64,000 nucleotides of DNA, taken from an uncultured archaeon. GTDB lineage: Archaea > Halobacteriota > Archaeoglobi > Archaeoglobales > Archaeoglobaceae. A model generated the notes under the pieces. That model was not told the DNA's origin. It ran no database searches and saw only the letters and a program-made list of their open reading frames with translations. Numbering within the stretch: position 1 is the stretch's first letter; each line of letters opens with the position of its first letter. Location: contig CAYZIW010000006.1 in the NCBI GenBank assembly GCA_964478605.1, forward strand, positions 1,002 through 65,001, given 5' to 3'. The translations under genes and the position numbers were made by a program. Positions 57,452-64,000 of the stretch are shown here, piece by piece.

Positions 57452-57847
57452 ATGGCAATAGTTGTTGCTCTGGATAAGAGATCGCTAAGAACTGAGAGGG
57501 TTTTGGAGTTTGCACTTAAAGAGGCAAAGCTTAGAAGTGAAAAGTTGCTCTTTGTGCATTCTTTGTTTGGAAAAGAAAAGACGAAAGCTGAAGAAGTGAT
57601 CGAGGGTGAGAAACTGCTTGAATGGGCAGCTGAGCAGGCTAAGAAAGAAGGTATCGAATTTGAAAAACATTTACTTATAAGGGGCAAAGAACCGGCTGAA
57701 GACGTAATAGAATTCGCAAACGATGTTGCAGCGAGCATGATAATTATAGGTGTCAGAAAAAGGCGTCCGACTGGAAAAGTACTTTTTGGGAGTGTTGCAC
57801 AAGAGATAATACTAAACGCAGCCCAGCCAGTTGTATGTATAAAATAG
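57452..57847 (+). CDS. Universal stress protein (UspA family)
   Basis: 131 aa. Contains IVVALD, MIIIGVRKR and GSVAQEIILNAAQPVVCIK. Confidence 0.8.
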   Translation: MAIVVALDKRSLRTERVLEFALKEAKLRSEKLLFVHSLFGKEKTKAEEVIEGEKLLEWAAEQAKKEGIEFEKHLLIRGKEPAEDVIEFANDVAASMIIIGVRKRRPTGKVLFGSVAQEIILNAAQPVVCIK

Positions 57848-57986
57848 TTCACTAACAATCTGGTGTTATTAGAAACTGTTGATTAAAATCAAAAATGTTA
57901 TCGGAAATTCTCAAAATAAGACTAAGGTGAGCTTAAAAGAATACGTTTTTTCTATAAGCCTGTATGGAGCGTAGTAAAATGGTAAG

Positions 57987-57996
57987 AAATATATAC
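57987..57996 (+). promoter_or_regulatory. Candidate TATA box of the mcr operon
   Basis: AAATATATAC lies about 54 nt upstream of the mcrB ATG. Strong RBS GGAGGTGA at 58035-58042. Confidence 0.35.
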
Positions 57997-58049
57997 CTCT
58001 CCACGTTGCTTTTAATTGGAGTAAGTTTGGATTCGGAGGTGAAGAGATT

Positions 58050-59381
58050 ATGAAGTATAAGGACAAAATAGACCTTTATGACGACAAAGGAAAGTTGGTT
58101 GAATCCGATGTGCCCCTTGAGGCTGTTAGCCCATTGCTGAACCCAGCGATCGAAGAGATTATAAAAATTATACGCAGGTCTGTTGCAGTAAACTTGGCAG
58201 GAATCCAGAAGGCTTTGGAGACCGGTGCTGTAGGTGGCGAAAGATGCATTATCCCTGGAAAATCGTTGAAACTTGATATTGTTGCTAACGCAGGTGCGAT
58301 TGCGGATAGGATAAAGAAGACCTTGGCTGTGACAAAAGATGATGACACAGTGGTGCAGCTCATCGACGGTGGTAAAAACCTGCTTGTACAAGTTCCAACG
58401 ATAAGAATATTAAAGGCTGTAGAATATACAGCTCCGATAACTGCTGTGGCTGCTGCCGTGACTGAAGCTATAATCGACACGTTCAAAGTAAACATGTTTG
58501 ACGCCCCAATGGTTAAAGCGGCTGTTTGGGGAAGGTATCCGCAGTCTATGGACTTGATGGGTGCAAACGTGCAGTCCCTACTTTCAGTTCCACAGCAGAA
58601 TGAAGGTCTAGGATACACTTTAAGAAATGTCCCAGTCTCATACATATCAACGATCACAAGAAGAAACGCTATGAATGCTGCTTCGCTTTCTTCGATATTT
58701 GAACAGACCGCCATGATCGAAATGGGAGATGCAGTTGGTTCCTTTGAAAGACTGCATCTTCTTGGCCTAGCTTATCAGGGCCTCAACGCAAACAACCTCG
58801 TATATGATCTTGTAAAGGAAAATGGAAAGAATGGTTCCGTAGGTACGGTAGTTGCAAGCCTTGTTGAGAGGGCAGTTGAAGATAAGGTTATCAAACCGAA
58901 TGGAAAAGGCCCATCTGGATATGTAACGTACACTACAAGTGATATAGCACTCTGGAACGCTTACGCTGCAGCTGGCTTCCTAGCAGCCGCCATGGTAAAC
59001 TGTGGTGCACAGAGAGCGATGCAGAGCATATCTGCAGTTACAGTATACTACAACGATCTGCTTGAGAGACAGACCGGATTACCATCCGTCGACTTTGGTA
59101 GAGCTCTCGGTTTGGGTGTAGAATTCTCGTTCTTCAGCCACTCCATATACGGTGGTGGAAGCCCAGTCATCTTCCACGGCAACCACATAGTCACAAGACA
59201 CAGCAAAGGATTTGTAGCTCCAGCTATCGCAGCTGCGATCGCTCTTGATGCTGGTACAGTCTATTATAGCCCAGACAGAATAGCTGGAATAATAGGACAA
59301 GTGTTCAGCACAATACCCGTGCTCAGAGAGCCGCTAATACATGTAGCGAAGGCTGCGGGGCAGATAAAGGACAAGGTGTAA
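58050..59381 (+). CDS. mcrB: Methyl-coenzyme M reductase beta subunit
   Basis: 443 aa. First gene of a BDCGA-ordered operon. Contains YDDKGKLVE, and C-terminal FSFFSHSIYGGGSPVIFHGNHIVTRHSKGF, typical of McrB. Confidence 0.9.
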   Translation: MKYKDKIDLYDDKGKLVESDVPLEAVSPLLNPAIEEIIKIIRRSVAVNLAGIQKALETGAVGGERCIIPGKSLKLDIVANAGAIADRIKKTLAVTKDDDTVVQLIDGGKNLLVQVPTIRILKAVEYTAPITAVAAAVTEAIIDTFKVNMFDAPMVKAAVWGRYPQSMDLMGANVQSLLSVPQQNEGLGYTLRNVPVSYISTITRRNAMNAASLSSIFEQTAMIEMGDAVGSFERLHLLGLAYQGLNANNLVYDLVKENGKNGSVGTVVASLVERAVEDKVIKPNGKGPSGYVTYTTSDIALWNAYAAAGFLAAAMVNCGAQRAMQSISAVTVYYNDLLERQTGLPSVDFGRALGLGVEFSFFSHSIYGGGSPVIFHGNHIVTRHSKGFVAPAIAAAIALDAGTVYYSPDRIAGIIGQVFSTIPVLREPLIHVAKAAGQIKDKV

Positions 59382-59385
59382 ATCG

Positions 59386-59772
59386 ATGCTCCCCTCCCTC
59401 AGGGAAGAGATTGAGATATTTCCCTACAGGATAATGGGAGCTAAAACTGTTGAAAGCTTACTTAATGAGATCTCAAATCTTGAAGGAATAGAGGGAGTAT
59501 TCATCCACGGTCCAAGTGTAAAAAGTGATGTTAGAGAGAAGATAGTGGTTAAAGGCGAAGAAGCAGAGCTTCGAGTCGCACCTAGCAGGTTGATAATCAG
59601 AGTTAAAGATGCCGACTTGGTGATGGACAAATTAAAAGCCATCTGTGATCAAATACTTACATACGGCTATTCAATAAGGACAGGCAAGTTCACAAGAGAC
59701 CAGCCAACGCTGCATGATTACAAAGTTCTGTACATAATGCAGCTTAGAGAATCCAGAGAGGATGAAGAATGA
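59386..59772 (+). CDS. mcrD: Methyl-coenzyme M reductase operon protein D
   Basis: 128 aa. Contains IEIFPYRIMGAKTVESLLNEI, IHGP and GKFTRDQPTLHDY, plus position in the operon. Confidence 0.8.
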   Translation: MLPSLREEIEIFPYRIMGAKTVESLLNEISNLEGIEGVFIHGPSVKSDVREKIVVKGEEAELRVAPSRLIIRVKDADLVMDKLKAICDQILTYGYSIRTGKFTRDQPTLHDYKVLYIMQLRESREDEE

Positions 59773-60389
59773 AAATCGGTAGAGAAACACAGTTCGTCGA
59801 CTGTAGAGAAGCAATCGGGATCGGTTTAGGTGGGGGTTTAGCTCAGAGAGGAACGGTCTCTGTAGGCTACTGTGGAAAAAGGCCGTCTGATGTGATCGTT
59901 GTCTCGATGTCTCCATCGACAAGACACGTAACAAAGCCAGTGTGTGAGATAACAGCAGGTTTAAGAAGAGAAGGCATAAATGCGAGTGTTCTTGTACTTA
60001 ACGCAGGCTCGAGTGCACCTCCGGGCGCTTCAGCATCGAAGGGAGGTTACGGATCACACTTTGGGTTAAAAATTGAAGAAATAGATAGAATAGCAAAACA
60101 TAAGCTCTGTGTTATCCACCTAGGTAATGTAAAACATCACGTCGTTGCTAAGGCCAAGGCTATACTTAGATATGTACCGATAAAAGGCGTTATCGTTTGT
60201 CAGTGCCCTCTGACATTTGAAGATCTAGTTAAAGCTGGCGTAAAAACGAGAGTCGCAAGTCCCGAAAATCCTGAAACCCTGGGGGAGGTAGTAGAGATAG
60301 TAACAGATGTTGTACGCGGGCAGAATTGCCCGCCGGAGAAAATAGATGAGATTTGTGAGAAAGTGAAGAGGCATATTAATTGGGGGTGA
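59769..60389 (+). CDS. mcrC: Methyl-coenzyme M reductase operon protein C
   Basis: 206 aa. Position between mcrD and mcrG. Contains IGLGGGLAQRG and VVSMSPSTRHVTKPVCEIT. Confidence 0.8.
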   Translation: MKIGRETQFVDCREAIGIGLGGGLAQRGTVSVGYCGKRPSDVIVVSMSPSTRHVTKPVCEITAGLRREGINASVLVLNAGSSAPPGASASKGGYGSHFGLKIEEIDRIAKHKLCVIHLGNVKHHVVAKAKAILRYVPIKGVIVCQCPLTFEDLVKAGVKTRVASPENPETLGEVVEIVTDVVRGQNCPPEKIDEICEKVKRHINWG

Positions 60390-60395
60390 AAATGT

Positions 60396-61190
60396 ATGGC
60401 TGATATAAAAGTTAAGGGAGGGAAGTACAAGCCCGCATATCCCGGGCAAACGATCGTAGCTGAAAATAGAAGGAAATACCTAGATCCGAACTACGAGCTT
60501 AGAAAGCTTAGATCGATTTCCGACGAAGACGTAGTCAGATTGCTCGGCCATAGAGTTCCGGGCGAAGCGTACAAATCCGTTCATCCACCACTTGAAGAGC
60601 TTGGCGAACCGCCATGCCCGATTAGAGAGTTAGTCGAACCTACACCTGGTGCTAAGGCGGGAGATAGAATCAGATACATTCAGTTCACAGACTCAGTCTA
60701 CTTCGCTCCACTGGCACCGTACGTAAGAAGTTGGATGGCTTTCTGGAGATACAGAGGTGTTGATCCTGGCACCCTCTCTGGCAGAGCTCCACTTGAAATG
60801 AGAGAGCGCGATTTAGAGCTTGTTGCAAAAGAGTTGCTTGAAACTGAGGTGTTTGATCCAGCAAGGGTTGGAGTCAGAGGAGCCACAGTACATGGCCACT
60901 CGCTAAGATTGGATGAGAATGGACTGATGTTCGATGCTCTCAGAAGATACGTATTCGACAAAGAGAAGGGAGAGGTCGTATACGTAAAGGACCAGGTCGG
61001 AGTACCTCTTGAGACCCCAGTGAGAGTTGGAAAACCACTGCCGGAGGAGGAGTTAAAGAAGTTAACGACGATCTATAGAGTGGATGGTGTATCAACGAGG
61101 AACGATCCTGAACTGCTCAACTGGGTAAAGAGGATTCACTTGCTTAGAACTTATGCCGGATTTAAGTTGAATATGGCTGAAAATATGTGA
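60396..61190 (+). CDS. mcrG: Methyl-coenzyme M reductase gamma subunit
   Basis: 264 aa. Contains [59 protein letters not shown] and TTIYRVDG. Confidence 0.95.
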   Translation: MADIKVKGGKYKPAYPGQTIVAENRRKYLDPNYELRKLRSISDEDVVRLLGHRVPGEAYKSVHPPLEELGEPPCPIRELVEPTPGAKAGDRIRYIQFTDSVYFAPLAPYVRSWMAFWRYRGVDPGTLSGRAPLEMRERDLELVAKELLETEVFDPARVGVRGATVHGHSLRLDENGLMFDALRRYVFDKEKGEVVYVKDQVGVPLETPVRVGKPLPEEELKKLTTIYRVDGVSTRNDPELLNWVKRIHLLRTYAGFKLNMAENM

Positions 61191-61200
61191 GGTGGTTTAG

Positions 61201-62868
61201 ATGGCTGATAAGAAGTTGTTTATTGATGCTTTGAAGAGGAAATTTAAGGAGGAGCCAACAGATAAATATACAAAGTTCTACATCTACGATGGTTGGAAGC
61301 AGTCTGCAAGAAAGAGAGAATTCGTAGAATGGGCACAGAAGATTGCCAAAGAAAGGGGAATTCCTGCATATAATCCTGAAATGCATCTCGGTGGAATCCC
61401 CGTTGGGCAGAGAGTTTTGATGCCCTACAAGATCTCAGGCACTGATGTATACTGCGAAGGCGATGATCTACATTATATAAACAACGCTGCAATGCAGCAG
61501 GCTTGGGATGATATAAGAAGGACCGTCATCGTTGGTCTAGATGCTCCGCATGCATTGCTTGAAAAGAGGTTGGGCAAAGAAGTAACTCCCGAAACGATAA
61601 ACGAGTACCTTGAGGTTCTCAACCATGCGTTGCCAGGTGGTGCAGTAGTTCAGGAGCACATGGTTGAAATTCACCCAGCACTTGTTGCAGATTCCTATGT
61701 TAAGGTCTTCACAGGCAACGATGAGCTTGCAGACCAGATAGATAAGAGGTTCCTTATAGATATAAACAAACAATTCCCACCGGAGCAGGCTGAAGCTTTA
61801 AAGAAGGCCATTGGCAAATCACTATATCAAGTAACAAAGGTTCCGATAATCGTTGGCAGAGCAGCAGATGGTGGTACTATTTCAAGATGGTCTGCGATGC
61901 AGATAAGCATGGCGATGATCGCATCCTACAAGCTGATGGCTGGTGAAGCTGCAATCGCTGAGTTCGCGTTTGCAGCAAAGCATGCCGAAGTAATTCAGAT
62001 GGCAACCCTTACACCCTGGAGAAGGGCGAGAGGCCCGAATGAACCTGGTGGATTGCCGTTTGGCTACCTAGCAGATATAGTCCAGACAAACAGAAAATAC
62101 CCGGATGACCCCGTTAAAGTCGCCCTTGAAACGCTTGCCATTGGTTCAGTGATCTTTGACCAGCTCTGGTTTGGAATTTACATGTCTGGTGGAGTGGGAT
62201 TCACTCAGTATGCAACGGCCGTTTACACAGATGACATCCTCGACGACTTCTGCTACTACATTGCAGACTATGTAAAGAAGAAATATGGTGGATTCGCAAA
62301 GGCTCCAAGGACGATGGATACCGTGCTTGATGTCGCAACCGAAGCAACCCTCTATGGACTTGAGCAGTACGAAAGATTCCCAGCACTTATGGAGACCCAC
62401 TTTGGTGGATCTCAGAGAGCATCAGTCCTTGCAGCAGCATCTGGCGTTGGAGCAGCTATTGCTACTGGAGATGCTCAAGCTGGCGTCAACGGCTGGTATC
62501 TATCAATGATCTTGCATAAGGAGCACATGGGCAGACTTGGCTTCTACGGCTACGATGCCCAAGATCAGATGGGTGCATCAAACAGCTTCTCATACAGAAG
62601 CGACGAGGGCTTGCCACTGGAGCTTAGAGGACCGAACTATCCAAACTACGCGATGAACGTTGGCCACACTGGCGAATATGCGGGCATAGTTGCTGGTGCT
62701 CACGCAGCTTGCAGGCATGCATGGTGCGTGAATCCAATAGTGAAGGTTGCATTTGCAGACCCATCGCTGAAGTTCGACTGGACAGAGCCAAGAAAGATGA
62801 TTGCAAAGGGTGCACTGAGAGAATTCATGCCAGACGGCGAGAGAGATGCGGTAATTCCGCCACACTAA
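61201..62868 (+). CDS. mcrA: Methyl-coenzyme M reductase alpha subunit (canonical methane type)
   Basis: 555 aa. Contains AAKHAEV...[64 protein letters not shown] and [15 protein letters not shown]. Confidence 0.95.
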   Translation: MADKKLFIDALKRKFKEEPTDKYTKFYIYDGWKQSARKREFVEWAQKIAKERGIPAYNPEMHLGGIPVGQRVLMPYKISGTDVYCEGDDLHYINNAAMQQAWDDIRRTVIVGLDAPHALLEKRLGKEVTPETINEYLEVLNHALPGGAVVQEHMVEIHPALVADSYVKVFTGNDELADQIDKRFLIDINKQFPPEQAEALKKAIGKSLYQVTKVPIIVGRAADGGTISRWSAMQISMAMIASYKLMAGEAAIAEFAFAAKHAEVIQMATLTPWRRARGPNEPGGLPFGYLADIVQTNRKYPDDPVKVALETLAIGSVIFDQLWFGIYMSGGVGFTQYATAVYTDDILDDFCYYIADYVKKKYGGFAKAPRTMDTVLDVATEATLYGLEQYERFPALMETHFGGSQRASVLAAASGVGAAIATGDAQAGVNGWYLSMILHKEHMGRLGFYGYDAQDQMGASNSFSYRSDEGLPLELRGPNYPNYAMNVGHTGEYAGIVAGAHAACRHAWCVNPIVKVAFADPSLKFDWTEPRKMIAKGALREFMPDGERDAVIPPH

Positions 62869-62887
62869 ATTTTTTACACTTTTTTAA

Positions 62888-63352
62888 ATGGAATCGTCTC
62901 AACTTCTTGAAGTCCTGAAAAGCGAAGCTAGACAAATATCCATCCAAGATTTTGCAATTGCTCGTCGAGAACTTTTTGAAGATTTTAAGTACGTTCCAGA
63001 ACCTTACAAAAGCTATTGGATCAAAAAAATGCTTGAATATTTCCTTTTAAATCTTAAAGAGCTCATTAACACGTACAACGTGTGTCCAGAAGATCTGGAT
63101 GACAAAAAAGTTGGAGAATTTATAAAAAAAATAAATGAAAATTCGAAGCTCGTTGCATTCAAAAAAATTTCTCTCGTAGTGTTACCCTATCTCACATTTA
63201 TAGCTAAAAAACCCATTCACCCCCCAGAAATGATTTTTCTAGGAGGAAAAGAGATTAAAAAGGCCGAAAACAAATACTTTTGTCCTGTAAAAAACAAACA
63301 AATCAATCTCTATTCATTCTGCGAATTTTGCGTTTGTGAAGCGTACGAATAA
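62888..63352 (+). CDS. Small Cys-rich protein, DUF2115/UPF0305-like (methanogen-associated family)
   Basis: 154 aa, starting 19 nt after mcrA on the same strand. Contains KKPIHPPEMIFLGG and YFCPVKNKQ...FCEFCVC, which I recall as UPF0305-like. Family assignment is from memory. Confidence 0.45.
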   Translation: MESSQLLEVLKSEARQISIQDFAIARRELFEDFKYVPEPYKSYWIKKMLEYFLLNLKELINTYNVCPEDLDDKKVGEFIKKINENSKLVAFKKISLVVLPYLTFIAKKPIHPPEMIFLGGKEIKKAENKYFCPVKNKQINLYSFCEFCVCEAYE

Positions 63353-64000
63353 AACCTATCTACGATAGCTACTAACTCTTCATCGCTTAAACCCTCAACA
63401 CCTCTTGAGGGCTCGTTTTTTAGTATTTTTCTGGCAATATCTTTAAAAATCTTTGAATCTTCTTCTTTCATCTGGAAGACTGTCATCCCTTTAACTTCAC
63501 ACTCTCTAAGACTCTTAATGTATGGAATTTCTCCGACGACCTTTGATCCAATAGTGTTCGCAAAAAAATCTACCAGCTTCCTTTCAAGCTCAAAGTTGAA
63601 TTTTGAGTTCAGTATAATTCCTCCTACTGGAGCATTTGCACTCTTTGCTCCTTTGCATATGTTGTTTGCAGCATAAATTGACAGATATTCGCCCGATGTT
63701 ACTATATAAACTTCACTGTTCCTCTTCATTGGCACAACAAAACCCCCACAAACAACATCTCCAGGAACGTCGTAGATAACTATATCTAGATCGTCAAGGA
63801 TTCGAAGCTTGTCCATATATTCAAAAGCTAAGAGTAACCCTCTACCAGCACAACCGACACCTGGCTCTGGACCACCAACTTCAGCACAGATTATGTCAGC
63901 ATAGCCTCTGACAAAACAACTTTTTAAGTCCTCCCCATTTCTTATAGCATCTAGAATAGGTTTGACTCTTCTGTTACCTGTTAGAAGTAAAGTGCTGTCC
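63310..64000 (-). CDS. cfbC: NifH-like ATPase, Ni-sirohydrochlorin a,c-diamide reductive cyclase component (partial, N-terminus off the window)
   Basis: Manual extension upstream of the track's internal Met reads STLLLTGNRRVKPILDAIRNGEDL...CAEVGGPEPGVGCAGRGLLLAFEYMDKL, the NifH switch/cluster motif. The frame is open to the window edge. Confidence 0.8.
   Translation of the reverse strand, partial: DSTLLLTGNRRVKPILDAIRNGEDLKSCFVRGYADIICAEVGGPEPGVGCAGRGLLLAFEYMDKLRILDDLDIVIYDVPGDVVCGGFVVPMKRNSEVYIVTSGEYLSIYAANNICKGAKSANAPVGGIILNSKFNFELERKLVDFFANTIGSKVVGEIPYIKSLRECEVKGMTVFQMKEEDSKIFKDIARKILKNEPSRGVEGLSDEELVAIVDRFYSYASQTQNSQNE

Noticed and set aside
57333-57515. 60-aa minus-strand ORF in the AT-rich spacer
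   Set aside because: It overlaps the uspA start in antisense, has no RBS or motif, and has low-complexity composition.
58050-62868. Alkyl-coenzyme M reductase (alkane-activating Acr) instead of methane-type Mcr, given the nearby beta-oxidation genes
   Set aside because: The gene order is the canonical mcrBDCGA with mcrC and mcrD present. McrA and McrG keep the canonical methanogen motifs almost verbatim ([42 protein letters not shown]). The only deviations seen are the two loop substitutions reported separately.

Overview
This 64-kb window comes from a hyperthermophilic archaeon. The rRNA and tRNA genes are visibly GC-rich, the coding DNA is AT-rich, and a reverse gyrase is present. By gene content and 16S appearance it looks Archaeoglobi-like, but that is inference only; no search was run. 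From left to right the window holds the following. (1) The 5' part of a 16S-tRNAAla-23S rRNA operon on the minus strand, with a textbook bulge-helix-bulge processing stem around the 16S. (2) A beta-oxidation-type cluster: thiolase, DUF35, fused 3-hydroxyacyl-CoA dehydrogenase/enoyl-CoA hydratase, and EtfBA. (3) Housekeeping genes: L10e, Cdc48, LarC, RadB, Pth2, L40e, SpoVG, tRNA-Gln, AroE, TrxB, Orc1/Cdc6, BirA, and a ribose-1,5-bisphosphate isomerase-like gene. (4) A heavily decayed PAS histidine-kinase pseudogene. (5) A tight seven-gene minus-strand operon: QmoC-like membrane protein, QmoA-like protein, HdrA, MvhD, MvhG, MvhA and the maturation protease. (6) A roughly 24-kb methane-metabolism supercluster: atwA (Mcr component A2), cfbE-cfbD-cfbB, a marker-2-like PurM-family gene, two ABC importers, two family III CoA-transferases (one frameshifted), uspA, a canonical mcrBDCGA operon, a small Cys-rich DUF2115-like gene, and a partial nifH-like cfbC. 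The leads most worth follow-up are the HdrB-less Qmo/Hdr/Mvh operon, the Mcr/F430/activation supercluster sitting in a beta-oxidation-capable genome, and two substitutions (Leu to Ala, Cys to Met) in the McrA thioglycine/S-methylcysteine loop. All functional calls rest on motif recognition by eye; no database search was possible.
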